From Planctomycetota bacterium (GTDB taxonomy: Bacteria > Planctomycetota > JAJSAM01 > JAJVHW01), in assembly GCA_965248445.1 (NCBI GenBank), contig CBDFJG010000003.1, positions 32,001 through 96,000 of the forward strand: a stretch of DNA of 64,000 nt. Reading direction: 5' to 3'. Of the stretch, positions 19,247 through 29,747 are shown piece after piece (position 1 is the stretch's first letter; each line of letters begins with the position of its first letter). Below the pieces are notes generated by a model. It was not told where the DNA came from. It was given only the letters and a program-made list of their open reading frames with translations, and made no database searches. A program made the translations under genes and the position numbers.

Positions 19247-20124
19247 TGCGTGGCATCTTGTCTCTGTGCGCGATGACGTTGCTCGTGGCGCTCTCCTTCG
19301 TCGCGACCGATCGGGGCAACGCGCAGGACAGGCAGCCCGCGGAATCCTCGTCGAGTCCCGCGGTGATCCAGGCGGGCGACCGGCTCGACGTTGCGGTCTT
19401 CGGGCACGCGGAGCTCTCCCGCAGCATCGACGTCCAGCCGGACGGCTCGATCTCGTATCCGTTCATCGGGCGGCTGGTGGTCACCGGCAAGACGGTCGAC
19501 AGCATCGCGCGCGCGATTGCCGGCGCCCTCGAGACGCAGTACAACGTGCGCGAGCCGAGGGTCTCGGTGGCGATCTCATCGTTCGGTGCCCGGACCGTCT
19601 TCATACTCGGCCGCGTGAGAAGCCCCGGGTCGCATCCGAGGCCTGTGTCGGGTTCGCTGCGGCTGCTGCAGCTGATCGCCCTTGCCGGTGGGCTCGCAGA
19701 AGGCGCCGATCCCAGCAACGTGACCGTGCGCAACTACCACGAGTCGATGCCGGTGGATCGCGTGCTCGACCTGTCGGAACTCGAACGGACCGGCTTCACG
19801 CAGAACGACGTGGTGCTCGAGGACGGGGACACCGTCTACGTGCAGACGCTTCCTCCGCCGGGGAGGATCTCCGTACTCGGTCAGGTCAACGCGCCCGGCA
19901 GCTACGAGCTGCCGCCTGACGTCCCGCCCTCTGTCGTGAACTCCATCGCACTGGCGCGCGGCTTCACGCGCCTGGCGGACCGTACCGAGGTGATCTGGAC
20001 TCGCGCAGCGCGGGGTGCGGAGGGCTCCGTCCAGCTGGACGTGGACGCGATCCTGAACGGCAAGGCGGAAGACCTGGTGGTCTCCCCGAACGACGTCCTC
20101 TACGTGACCGAGCGGACGTGGTGA
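19246..20124 (+). CDS. wza: Polysaccharide export protein (Wza-like, Poly_export plus SLBB domains)
   Basis: IQAGDRLDVAVF, DGSISYPFIG, GRVRSPG, GQVNAPGSY. Confidence 0.9.
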   Translation: MRGILSLCAMTLLVALSFVATDRGNAQDRQPAESSSSPAVIQAGDRLDVAVFGHAELSRSIDVQPDGSISYPFIGRLVVTGKTVDSIARAIAGALETQYNVREPRVSVAISSFGARTVFILGRVRSPGSHPRPVSGSLRLLQLIALAGGLAEGADPSNVTVRNYHESMPVDRVLDLSELERTGFTQNDVVLEDGDTVYVQTLPPPGRISVLGQVNAPGSYELPPDVPPSVVNSIALARGFTRLADRTEVIWTRAARGAEGSVQLDVDAILNGKAEDLVVSPNDVLYVTERTW

Positions 20125-20131
20125 TCGCCCG

Positions 20132-22270
20132 ATGAACGAGACCGGCCACCCGCCTGCGGAGCAGCGCCCCAACGTGGCGTTGCCTGCAGAGATCGACGAC
20201 GTCTCCGAGACGTTGTATGGCCCGGAGCCGAGTTTGTTCCGGGGTGTCCTCGCCGTCGTCCTGCGTCACCGCTGGTCGTCGCTGTTCGTGCTCGTGCTCG
20301 TGGCCGCGCTGGGCACGCTCTACACATTGCGTGCGACGCCGACCTACACGTGTCACCCCGCGCTGCTGCAGGTGGTGTCCGACAGCTACGGGATCTCCAC
20401 GATCAGCGACGCGTTCGAGCGACGCACCGTGACTGCGGAGCACTTCGAGACGCTCATGCTCGTCGTGAAGTCGGAGGCGGTGCTGCGGGCCGCGTACGAC
20501 GACGCTGCGCCCGTGGCCACGAAGATCGCGTACGAGGACTTTGTCGATGCGGTGAAGCCCACGCGCGTCGACCAGGCGTTCCTCATCCGCATCGCGTTCG
20601 AGAGCCCGCACGTGGAGCTGAACCCGGTTGCCGCCAACGCCGTCGCGCGCGCATTCGAGGAGACGTTGCGCTCGCAGCGGGCCGAGCGGACCAGCACCGC
20701 AGCGACGGAGTTCGCCAGCCGCCGCGATAGCGTGCGCGACGCGCTGGCGAAGGCCGAGACGTCCCTCGCAGCGTTTCGCACGCGGGAACAGGTCTCCGAT
20801 GTGCGCGCGGAGAAGAAGAAAGTGGATCGGCTGCTCGAGGACGCGGAGGAGCGCTTCGACCAGCAGCAGGTCGACTTCATCAGCGTCGAGAACGAGTACG
20901 GCGAGCTGCGGGCAGCGCAGGAAGCCGGGACGGTTGCGCGGATCACGGGGATCCAGGACGACCCCGCGTTTCGCGAGGTCGAGCGCACCCTTCGCAAGGT
21001 CGAGGACGACCGCTTCCTGCTCCTGCGCGAGTGGACCGAGAACGACCCGAAGATCCAGCTGCTCGACATGCAGGCCGGTGTACTGCGCCAGCGGCGCGAC
21101 GACATCATCCAGATCGGCAGCGGGAAGGTCGAACGTCGGTACGAGAATGCCGAGCGCGCGCTCTCTCGCCTCACCGAGCTGCGCAACGCACGACACGATC
21201 AACAGCGCGAGCTGGCGGGTCTCCTGATCGAACTCACCAACCTGGAGCAGGAGCGGGACCGCCTCCGGCGTGACCTCGACGACCTCGTCGCGCAGTCGAG
21301 CGACGTGCAGGGTGCGGAGGTCCTGGAGATCGCGCCGTTGTTCGTCTGGGAACAGGCGCGCGAGCTCCACGTGCCGGTCAGTCCGCGGCCGGTGCGCGAT
21401 CTCACGGCCATCGGCCTCCTCGCGCTCGTGATGTCGATGGGGACGGCGTTCCTGTTCGACCAGTTCCACGACGCGATCCTCTCGGCGGAGCAGGTCATGC
21501 GCGTCACGCGGCTCCCGGTGCTCGGGATCTTGCCGCGCGCGTCGAGCGCTGACGGCGTGCCCGCCCTGGCGAGCCTCGACAAGCCCCGATCGGAAATGGC
21601 GGAGGCGGTGCGCATCATCCGCACGGGTCTCCTGTTCGCGGCGGACGGTCGGTCGCCGACGCGCATCCTCGTGACCAGCGCCGAAGGGGGCGAGGGGAAG
21701 ACCGTGCTGTCCGCGAACCTGGCGGGCGCCCTGGCACGCTCGGGCGACCGCACACTCCTGCTCGACTGCGATCTGCGCAACCCACGGCAGCACAAGGTGT
21801 TCTCGCTGACGAACGAGACGGGCCTGAGCGACCTCCTCATGAACGCGAATGGCAACGGCAGGGTAGCGGGCACGCGGCCGCGCGAATCCGTGGCCGGTCT
21901 CGAGGTGCTCACGAGCGGTTCGCCCCCGCCGCATCCTGCGGAGCTCCTCGCGAGCGAGCGGATGCACGCGTTGCTCGACGACAGCGCCGACACGTTCGAC
22001 CGTATCGTCCTCGACTCGCCACCCGCCGGTCCCGTCTCGGACCCAGCGGTCCTCTCGCGCCATGTCGACGCGGTCGTGCTCGTCGTGGAACTCGGCACGA
22101 CGTCGCTGCGGGCGCTGCGTCGCGCACACGATCACCTCCGCCAAGTCCGCGCCCCGCTCATCGGCGTCGTGCTGAACGGCGTGCGCGGCACGAGCGGCTA
22201 CTACAGCTACTACAGCTCGCATCGCTACGAGTACGCGGGCCGCGGCGGCCGCGGCAGCGCCTCCGCGTAG
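20132..22270 (+). CDS. wzc: Polysaccharide co-polymerase/BY-kinase
   Basis: Two TM helices around a coiled coil; EGKT Walker A, DCDLRNP, IVLDSPP, Tyr cluster YYSYYSSHRYEY. Confidence 0.93.
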   Translation: MNETGHPPAEQRPNVALPAEIDDVSETLYGPEPSLFRGVLAVVLRHRWSSLFVLVLVAALGTLYTLRATPTYTCHPALLQVVSDSYGISTISDAFERRTVTAEHFETLMLVVKSEAVLRAAYDDAAPVATKIAYEDFVDAVKPTRVDQAFLIRIAFESPHVELNPVAANAVARAFEETLRSQRAERTSTAATEFASRRDSVRDALAKAETSLAAFRTREQVSDVRAEKKKVDRLLEDAEERFDQQQVDFISVENEYGELRAAQEAGTVARITGIQDDPAFREVERTLRKVEDDRFLLLREWTENDPKIQLLDMQAGVLRQRRDDIIQIGSGKVERRYENAERALSRLTELRNARHDQQRELAGLLIELTNLEQERDRLRRDLDDLVAQSSDVQGAEVLEIAPLFVWEQARELHVPVSPRPVRDLTAIGLLALVMSMGTAFLFDQFHDAILSAEQVMRVTRLPVLGILPRASSADGVPALASLDKPRSEMAEAVRIIRTGLLFAADGRSPTRILVTSAEGGEGKTVLSANLAGALARSGDRTLLLDCDLRNPRQHKVFSLTNETGLSDLLMNANGNGRVAGTRPRESVAGLEVLTSGSPPPHPAELLASERMHALLDDSADTFDRIVLDSPPAGPVSDPAVLSRHVDAVVLVVELGTTSLRALRRAHDHLRQVRAPLIGVVLNGVRGTSGYYSYYSSHRYEYAGRGGRGSASA

Positions 22271-22575
22271 TGGCGCGGCGCCCTCGGTCCTGCTCGGTGC
22301 CGTGGCCGCGTCGCGCATCCGGCACTCGCCGGGGTCGCGGCGGCGACGTCGCGACGTGCCAGCTCGAGGGTGGCGGAGCGAGGCCGCTCGCCTTCGAGCG
22401 ATCGACGACAGGGGCCGAGATCGCCGGTCTCGAGGTTCTCCGCCGGGTGGCCGAGGCCGCCGGCGCCGAACTTTCGGCGACGGCTCGTTCTGCGGGGCAG
22501 CCGCTCGATCCACCGGTAGTAGGATGTCCACGACGCGCGACTGCCGGGAGGTCGGCGGTGCAATGGGGGACTTGC

Positions 22576-24039
22576 ATGCACGATCGTGGACCGATCCGGC
22601 CGGCCTGTCGCCCCCGAGAGCGGCGGCGCAGCGCTGTCGTGAGCCTGGCCGTCGCGACCGCGCTCTGCGCCTGGGCGCCTCCTGCGTGGGCGAACAACGC
22701 CGACACGCGGCCGGAACCGATCGGCGGCGGACGCGTCTTCGGTTCCGGCGACGATCCTCGGGTTCGACCCAGCGGCGAAGCGCTCGGCGGCGGGCTCCCG
22801 ACGGATCTGGAGTCGGCGATCGACGTCGTGGCGGCGCCGCGGCCTTTCGGTGCGGTCGCGCCGGTCGGCGCCGTCCGTGTCTCCGGGATCTCCGACACGA
22901 TCGTGCTGCCGCTCCACACGCAGATCATCCCCATCCGCCATCCGGGTCACAAGCTGGGCGAGTGGACCCTCTGGGGCTTCGCGTCCGAGAAGGTGGTGCG
23001 CGACGACAACGTGTTCCTGGAGTCCCGCGACGAGGAGCGTGCGACGTTCTTCGACACGACACTGGGCGGTCGCATCGCGCGCGAGGGTGCCGAGTTTCAG
23101 GCCGATGTCGTGGCTGCCCTCACGGAGTCGTTCTCCGCGCGCGAGTCAGGCCTCGACCAGACGGCCTACTACGTCCGGGGCGGCGCGCGATGGGACGTCG
23201 GCGCAGCGACGCACGTACGGCTCACGCAGCTGGTGTCCCGACAGACGAGCGCACGCCAGCGATCGGCCGGTCGTGACGTCGACGAAGTGTTGATCGCGCA
23301 GCGGCGGGTGCGGCAGTTCGTCTCTGCCACCGGCCTCACACTCGGCCACGACTGGGAGAAGACCGGCGCCCAGCTGGAGTACCGGTTCCGCCTGGTCGAC
23401 CATTCTCGGAGGCTCGCCCAGCTGGACGGCCGCGAGCACCAGGTGACCGGAACCGTGCGCCACGAGCTATCCCCCAAGGTGACCGTGAACGCGCAGCTGC
23501 GGTATCGCGAAGACGAGTTCCGCCGCTCGATCAACAACGACTCGGACTCGCTCGGCGGATTCGCCGGTGGCGCGTGGGAGCCGACCCCGAAGCTGCGATT
23601 CAGCGGTCGCGTCGGCTACGTCTCCCAGCACATCAGCAGCACGGGGAGCGTCGCCGACCGTGACGAGTTCTCCGGGCCCGGCGGTCGGCTGACGGCCGCC
23701 TGGGAAGCGAGCAAGAAGACCACGTTCGATCTCGTCTTCGAGCGCGACTACTTTCCAGGGTCGCGTAGCAACTTCCAGGCGGTCACGCTGCTCGCCGGCG
23801 GCGTCAAGATCGCGATGTCCCCGCTCTGGACGGCGGGGGCCCGGCTCTCGCGGCAGACGAGCAACCCGTCGAATAGCGCACGGTTCGAGAGCACCTCGAT
23901 CGATCTCGTTCTGGCGTACGACGTCAACCCGACCACGCAGATCGAGCTCTCCTATCGCCACGACGACCGCGACACGGAAGGCGGCGGCAGGGACTTCGAC
24001 CAGAACCAATTCGCGCTCTCGCTCTCCTACCGTTTCTAG
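22576..24039 (+). CDS. EPS-associated outer-membrane beta-barrel protein
   Basis: Signal peptide (AWA), RDDNVF motif, amphipathic strands, C-terminal SLSYRF. Confidence 0.82.
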   Translation: MHDRGPIRPACRPRERRRSAVVSLAVATALCAWAPPAWANNADTRPEPIGGGRVFGSGDDPRVRPSGEALGGGLPTDLESAIDVVAAPRPFGAVAPVGAVRVSGISDTIVLPLHTQIIPIRHPGHKLGEWTLWGFASEKVVRDDNVFLESRDEERATFFDTTLGGRIAREGAEFQADVVAALTESFSARESGLDQTAYYVRGGARWDVGAATHVRLTQLVSRQTSARQRSAGRDVDEVLIAQRRVRQFVSATGLTLGHDWEKTGAQLEYRFRLVDHSRRLAQLDGREHQVTGTVRHELSPKVTVNAQLRYREDEFRRSINNDSDSLGGFAGGAWEPTPKLRFSGRVGYVSQHISSTGSVADRDEFSGPGGRLTAAWEASKKTTFDLVFERDYFPGSRSNFQAVTLLAGGVKIAMSPLWTAGARLSRQTSNPSNSARFESTSIDLVLAYDVNPTTQIELSYRHDDRDTEGGGRDFDQNQFALSLSYRF

Positions 24040-24060
24040 CGCGCGAGTGGAGACAGCGTG

Positions 24061-25053
24061 ATGGCGAACGATCTCATCCTCGTGACAGGCGCGGGCGGGT
24101 TCATCGGCGGGCATCTCGTCCGTGAGCTTCGCCGCCGCGGACAAACGCGCGTGCGGGGGGTCGACGTCAAGCCCCTTGACGAGTGGCACCTGGTCGACCC
24201 CGAGACCGAGAACCTGCGGCTCGACCTTCGTGAGATCGACGCGTGCCGCGCCGCGGCCGACGGCGCCGCCGAGGTCTACCAGCTCGCCGCGGACATGGGC
24301 GGCATGGGCTTCATCGAGAACCACAAGGCGCTCTGCATGCTGTCCGTGCTGATCAACACGCACATGCTGAGCGCGGCGCGGGATGCCGGGGCGACGCGCT
24401 ACTTCTACTCGTCGTCGGCGTGCGTCTACAACGCGGAGAAGCAGATGTCTCCGGACGTCGCGCCGCTCCGCGAGTGCGATGCCTACCCCGCGCTGCCGGA
24501 AGACGGCTACGGGTGGGAGAAACTGTTCTCCGAGCGCATGTGCCGCCACTTCATGGAGGACTTCGGGCTCGAGGTCCGCGTGGCGCGGTACCACAACGTC
24601 TACGGACCGGACGGCACCTGGGACGGCGGCCGCGAGAAGGCGCCTGCGGCGATCTGCCGGAAGGTCGCCATGGCGCGACGCAGCGGCCGCCACGAGATCG
24701 AGATCTGGGGCACCGGCGAGCAGACGCGGAGCTTCATGTACATCGACGACTGCCTCGAGGGGTCCATCCGACTGATGCGCTCCGACGTGCGCGAGCCGCT
24801 CAACGTCGGCTCCGCCGAGCTCGTGACGATCAACCAGCTCGTCTCGATCGTCGAGGAGATCGGGGGAGTCACGCTCGAGCGCAGCTACCTGCTCGACGCG
24901 CCGAAGGGCGTCAACGGCCGCTGCAGCGACAACACGCTCATCCAGGAGAGCCTGGGTTGGGAGCCGTCGATCCGGTTGCGCGACGGTCTCGCGAGGACGT
25001 TCGTCTGGATCGACGAGCAGATCGCGCGGCGCGCCAGCACGCTGTCGGGGTAA
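24061..25053 (+). CDS. NAD-dependent epimerase, GDP-mannose 3,5-epimerase-like
   Basis: GAGGFIG, LAADMGGMGFI, SSACVY, YGWEK, GGREKAPAA.CRK, WGTGEQTRSF. Confidence 0.9.
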   Translation: MANDLILVTGAGGFIGGHLVRELRRRGQTRVRGVDVKPLDEWHLVDPETENLRLDLREIDACRAAADGAAEVYQLAADMGGMGFIENHKALCMLSVLINTHMLSAARDAGATRYFYSSSACVYNAEKQMSPDVAPLRECDAYPALPEDGYGWEKLFSERMCRHFMEDFGLEVRVARYHNVYGPDGTWDGGREKAPAAICRKVAMARRSGRHEIEIWGTGEQTRSFMYIDDCLEGSIRLMRSDVREPLNVGSAELVTINQLVSIVEEIGGVTLERSYLLDAPKGVNGRCSDNTLIQESLGWEPSIRLRDGLARTFVWIDEQIARRASTLSG

Positions 25054-25124
25054 GTGTCCCGCTTGCTATCGTCGCGGCGGACGCCGGGAGGGCGGACGGG
25101 TCTCGCGAGGTGTCGCCAGCCTCG

Positions 25125-25269
25125 CGAGATCGGGGGATTCTCTCTCTCGGCCAAAGCGTTCGGCCTCTACTGGCACATCATCGGGACCATCATCGCCCCG
25201 GGGGCGCCGTTGCAGCCGGCCCTTGGCCTGCCGCTCGGAACGCCCTCACCGTCTGGGAGCGTGAGCTAG
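25125..25269 (+). pseudogene. Possible C-terminal remnant of a membrane (ligase/polymerase-like) gene
   Basis: IGGFSLSAKAFGLYWHIIGTIIA hydrophobic fragment whose stop is 3 nt before asnB. Confidence 0.3.
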
Positions 25270-25272
25270 CGA

Positions 25273-27168
25273 ATGTGCGGGATCGCCGGATACTTCGACG
25301 GGCCCCGGGCTCGCGCGACTGCGCCGACCGCGCCGGGCGTCCTCGTCGCGATGACCAACACCATCGCGCATCGCGGGCCTGATGGCGAGGGGCACCTCGA
25401 GGAAGACGGGGTCGGCCTCGGCCACCGGCGCCTGAGCATCGTAGATCTCGCGGGCGGCGCCCAGCCGATGGGCAACGAAGACGGCGCGGTCCAGGTCGTC
25501 TTCAACGGCGAGATCTACAACCACGCCGATTTGCGGCCGCGACTCGAGGCGAAGGGGCATCGGTTCCGGACGAACTCGGACACCGAGGTCCTCGTGCACC
25601 TGTGGGAAGAGCACGGACCCGCGATGGTCGAGCAGCTCAACGGGATGTTTGCGTTCGCGATCTGGGACAGCCGGAGCCAGACGCTGTTCCTCGCCCGCGA
25701 CCGGCTCGGCATCAAACCGCTCTACTACGCGTGGATCGGTGGCCGCCTCGTGTTCGGGTCCGAACTGAAGGCGATCCTCGCGCACCCCGCAGTGCCGCGT
25801 GAGCTGGACCCGACGTCGCTGAGCGACTACCTGAGCTTCCTCTACGTCCCGGCGCCGCGCTCGATCTTCAAGAACGTCTTCAAGCTCCCGCCCGCACACA
25901 CGCTCGTGCTGCGCCGCGGGGATGCGCCGCAGGTCCGGCGCTACTGGCAGCCGGTGTTCGACCGTGATCTGCACACCAGCAATCCGGATGCAATGGCCGA
26001 GGAACTGCGTGCGCTGCTGACGACGTGCGTCAAGCGGCGCCTGATGTCCGACGTGCCCCTGGGGGCTTTTCTCTCCGGGGGCGTCGACTCCTCGATCGTC
26101 GTCGCACTGATGACCGAGTCCGGTGTGCGCAGTCCGAAGACCACGACCATCGGTTTCGAGGTCGAGGGCTTCGACGAGCGCGACCGCGCACGGATGATCG
26201 CGGAGCGTTTCGGCGCGGACCACACAGAGCGTGTGGTGACCCCGGACGCGCTGTCGATCGTCGACCGGCTGTCGTACTTCTTCGATGAGCCGTTTGCTGA
26301 TGCATCCGCGGTCCCGACGTACTACCTCAGCGAGGCGACCCGGGCGCGCGTGACCGTGGCCCTCTCCGGTGACGGCGGAGACGAGACCCACGCGGGCTAT
26401 CGCCGCTACTGGTTCGACGGGTTCGAGCATCGGATGCGCGGGTTCATGTTCGGCGGCGTCGGCCGCGGCCTGGCCCGAGGTCTGTCGGCGGTGTACCCGA
26501 AGGCCGACTGGCTCCCGCGGCCGCTGCGGGCGAAGACGCTGCTCGCGAACCTCGGCGACGTCCCGGCGGGGGCGTACTACCGGACCATGACGCACGTGTC
26601 CGAGCGCACGAAGCGCGCGCTGCTCTCACCCGACCTGGTCTCTGCCCTCGACGGGTATGACCCCCGCGCCCGGTTCCGGGAGATCTACGAGAGTGTCGAG
26701 GCGTCCGATCCGATCTCCCGCGCCCAGGCAACCGATCTCGTGACGTATCTGCCCGACGACATCCTCACGAAGGTCGACCGTGCCAGCATGGCGCACTCGC
26801 TCGAGGTGCGCGTGCCGATCCTCGATCACACGGCGGTCGAGTTCGCGGCACGGGTGCCGCGCAGCGTGCGGCTGGACGACCGCGAGCACAAGCACCTGCT
26901 GAAGCGTGCGGTGCGCGGGACGATCCCGGACCACATCCTCGATGGAAAGAAGTCGGGCTTCGAGGTGCCACTGAAGACGTGGTTCCGCAACGAGCTGGCG
27001 CCGCTCGCGGCGGGACTCAGCGAGCGCAGCGCCATCCGCGATCACTTCCAGGGCGACGTCGTCGACCAGCTGGTGCGCGACCACTCGCGCGGACTCGCCG
27101 ATCACAGCGTGGCGCTGTGGACGCTGTTGATGTTCGATCGGTGGGCGGATAGGTACCTCGCGACATGA
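25273..27168 (+). CDS. asnB: Asparagine synthase-family glutamine amidotransferase (EPS-associated)
   Basis: MCGIAG, HRGPD, NGEIYN, LSGGVDSS, LSGDGGDE, KVDRASMAHSLEVRVP. Confidence 0.95.
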   Translation: MCGIAGYFDGPRARATAPTAPGVLVAMTNTIAHRGPDGEGHLEEDGVGLGHRRLSIVDLAGGAQPMGNEDGAVQVVFNGEIYNHADLRPRLEAKGHRFRTNSDTEVLVHLWEEHGPAMVEQLNGMFAFAIWDSRSQTLFLARDRLGIKPLYYAWIGGRLVFGSELKAILAHPAVPRELDPTSLSDYLSFLYVPAPRSIFKNVFKLPPAHTLVLRRGDAPQVRRYWQPVFDRDLHTSNPDAMAEELRALLTTCVKRRLMSDVPLGAFLSGGVDSSIVVALMTESGVRSPKTTTIGFEVEGFDERDRARMIAERFGADHTERVVTPDALSIVDRLSYFFDEPFADASAVPTYYLSEATRARVTVALSGDGGDETHAGYRRYWFDGFEHRMRGFMFGGVGRGLARGLSAVYPKADWLPRPLRAKTLLANLGDVPAGAYYRTMTHVSERTKRALLSPDLVSALDGYDPRARFREIYESVEASDPISRAQATDLVTYLPDDILTKVDRASMAHSLEVRVPILDHTAVEFAARVPRSVRLDDREHKHLLKRAVRGTIPDHILDGKKSGFEVPLKTWFRNELAPLAAGLSERSAIRDHFQGDVVDQLVRDHSRGLADHSVALWTLLMFDRWADRYLAT

Positions 27169-28400
27169 GGATCCTCCACGTCCTCGATCACTACCTGCCG
27201 TACCACAGCGGCTACACGTTCCGCTCCGGCAACATCCTGGCGCAGCAGCGCGCGATGGGGTGGGACCCCGTCGTCCTCACCTCGCCCAAGCAGGAGTACC
27301 CCGACGGCTCCGGCCCGGAGAAGCCGGACTGGCTCGAGGTGCACCGCGCGGAACTCGCGCGGGGAGCGGCCCGCGACATCATCAATCGCACGCCGTTCGT
27401 GGGGCAGACGGCGCTGATGGGCGACCTGCGCCGGGCGATCACGCGGACGCTCGGCGAGATCGGTGACGTGCACCTCGTGCACGCGCACAGCCCGGCGCTG
27501 AACGGAACGCCCTCGATCAAGGTGCGCGATGCCGGTGGCCCGCCTGTCGTGTACGAGGTCCGCGCGCTGTGGGAGGACGCTGCGGTCGACCTCGGCACGA
27601 CGACGCCGGGCTCGCTCCGCTATCGCGCGACGGCCGCGCTCGAGACGCGCCTGCTCCGCCGCGCGGATCAGGTCGTCGTCCTGTGTGAGTCGCTGCGCCG
27701 CGAGTTCATCGGCCGCGGCATCGAAGCGGACAAGATCACGGTGGTCGGCAACGGCGTCGATCCGGAGAAGTTCACTCCGATCGATCCCGACCCCGCGCTG
27801 CAGGAGCGGCTCGGGCTCGGTGCCGGTCCGGTGATCGGGTACGTCGGCTCGTTCTACGCGTACGAAGGCTTGCCGCTGCTCGTGGACGCGGTGGCGCCGA
27901 TCCTGAGTGATCGCCCTGACGTGCAACTGCTGCTCGTGGGCGGGGGACCGGACGAAGACGCCATTCGCGCGCGCGTCGAGGCGTCCGGGGTCGCCGACCA
28001 GATCGTCATGCCCGGCCGCGTTCCTCACGAGGCCGTGCCGGACCACTACGTGGTGACCGACCTACTCGTGTACCCGCGTTTGCGCAACCGCCTCACGGAG
28101 CTCACGACTCCGCTGAAACCGCTCGAGGCGATGGCGCTCGGACGCGCGGTTCTGGGGAGCGACGTCGGCGGGATCAAGGAACTGCTCGACCCGGCGGGCG
28201 ACGGTGCCGCGTCGTTCGTGGCCGGGGAGCGAGACGCGCTGACTCGAGCGATCCGCGAACTCGTGGACGCGCCGGAGCGGCGAGCCGAGATGGCCGCGCG
28301 CGGACGCGAGTACGTGCTTCGCGAGCGGTCCTGGGAAGTGCAGCTCGGCCGCTACCGCGACGTGTACGCGCGCGCTCTGGGGACCCACGTCGATGTATGA
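27165..28400 (+). CDS. GT4 glycosyltransferase resembling the PEP-CTERM/XrtA-associated family
   Basis: MRILHVLDH.LP.HSGYTFR, YEVRALWEDAAVD, GSFYAYEGL, TPLKPLEAMA. Confidence 0.9.
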   Translation: MRILHVLDHYLPYHSGYTFRSGNILAQQRAMGWDPVVLTSPKQEYPDGSGPEKPDWLEVHRAELARGAARDIINRTPFVGQTALMGDLRRAITRTLGEIGDVHLVHAHSPALNGTPSIKVRDAGGPPVVYEVRALWEDAAVDLGTTTPGSLRYRATAALETRLLRRADQVVVLCESLRREFIGRGIEADKITVVGNGVDPEKFTPIDPDPALQERLGLGAGPVIGYVGSFYAYEGLPLLVDAVAPILSDRPDVQLLLVGGGPDEDAIRARVEASGVADQIVMPGRVPHEAVPDHYVVTDLLVYPRLRNRLTELTTPLKPLEAMALGRAVLGSDVGGIKELLDPAGDGAASFVAGERDALTRAIRELVDAPERRAEMAARGREYVLRERSWEVQLGRYRDVYARALGTHVDV

Positions 28401-29747
28401 CGCCCTGGTCCGGTCCATCGTCTTCCCGATCCACGAGTGGCTCAAGGGCCACTCGACGGAAGCGGCGCTGCGCGAGGCCCGTGAATTCGACCGAATGTCG
28501 TCCGCGGATGTCGAGGCCGCGCAACTCACGAAGCTCCGGCGGATGATCGAGCACGCCGGCAGGCACACGGAGTACTACAGAGAAGCGTTCGGCGCGGCGG
28601 GTGTCGGTGCGGACGATCTGGCGACGACCGCGGATCTCCGGCGCTTCCCGCTGCTCGATCGCGACTGACCGCGTGCGCACCATGACGGCGATCGCGACCG
28701 GAGGGTCCACCGGCGAGCCGGTCGAGGTGCAGGTGGACCGTCGCAGGTTCTCCGTGAACATCGCTGCGCGGCTGCGGGCTCGCGAGTGGTGGGGGGTGCG
28801 CGTGGGCGAGCGGGAGGCCGTCCTGTGGGCGAGCCCGACCGAGATCGGCGCGCAGGACCTCGTGCGCTCGGTGCGCGACCGGTTGCTGAACACACGCCTC
28901 TACAGCGCGTTCGAGGGAACGGAGAGCGGGCTCGACGCGCTGGTGCAGGATCTCGCGAGCTACCGGCCGACGCATCTGTACGGCTACGCGTCCAGCATCC
29001 ACCTCGTGGCTCGCAGAGTGCTCCGAACCGATTCGAACGGGCGGGAATTCGGTCTGAAGGCGATCTTCGCGACGGCCGAGGGCATGTCGGACGAACAGCG
29101 GGCCGAGGTCGAGCGCGCCTTCCGCGCGCCCGTGGGCAGCGAGTACGGCGCCCGCGACGCCGGTCTGATCACGCATGCGTGTCCGAGCGGAGGCAATCAC
29201 GTCCTCGCTGAGGGGATGTTCGTCGAGATCCTTCGGCCGGACGGTTCGCCGGCCGCGCCGGGCGAGCGCGGGGAGATCGTGACCACTCATCTGGAGTCGT
29301 TCGGCTTCCCGCTCATCCGCTACCGCACCGGCGACGTCGGCGTGCCGGCCGCGGGCCGCGGCGGGACCGTGCTCGTGTGGTGTGGCACTCCCGCGGATCG
29401 AGCGGATCGAGGGACGGGCGACCGACTTCCTACTCGCGCCCGACGGCCGTTTGCTGCACGCGCTCGGAGCGATCTACATACTGCGCGTCATGCCCGGTGT
29501 GGGCCGCTTCCAGGTCGAACAGACGAGCCGGGACCGCTTCGTCGTCCGCATCGTTCGCGAGGCGGGGTTCCCCGACGACGGGGTGGCGCAGATCCGCGAC
29601 GGTCTGCAGAAGCTGATGCGCGCACCGGTCGACGTCGACGTCGCGTTCGTCGAGGAGATCGGAGTCAGCGGGTCCCGCAAGCGCCGCTACGTGATCTCGC
29701 CGATCGCGCAGGCGGCGGTCCGTGGAGAGACCGATGCCGGCGGCTGA
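28393..29747 (+). pseudogene. Phenylacetate-CoA ligase/CapK-like adenylating protein, two frameshifts
   Basis: Three frames: MYDAL...FPLLDRD*; TGGSTGEP...EYGARD...PLIRYRTGD; PCSCG..LPRIERIEGR. Breaks near 28665 and 29347-29360. Confidence 0.85.

Noticed and set aside
19964..22531. 855-aa minus-strand ORF and similar long antisense ORFs
   Set aside because: Shadow frames of real genes in high-GC DNA; Arg/Pro-rich with no recognisable motifs.
25273..27168. Asparagine synthase-like gene as a lasso peptide cyclase
   Set aside because: It has a complete N-terminal Cys glutaminase domain and sits among EPS genes; no B1/B2 proteins or precursor peptide are nearby.
28666..28668. TGA in the CapK-like gene as selenocysteine or readthrough
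   Set aside because: Homology continues in a different frame and there is no Cys-motif context, so it is a frameshift lesion.
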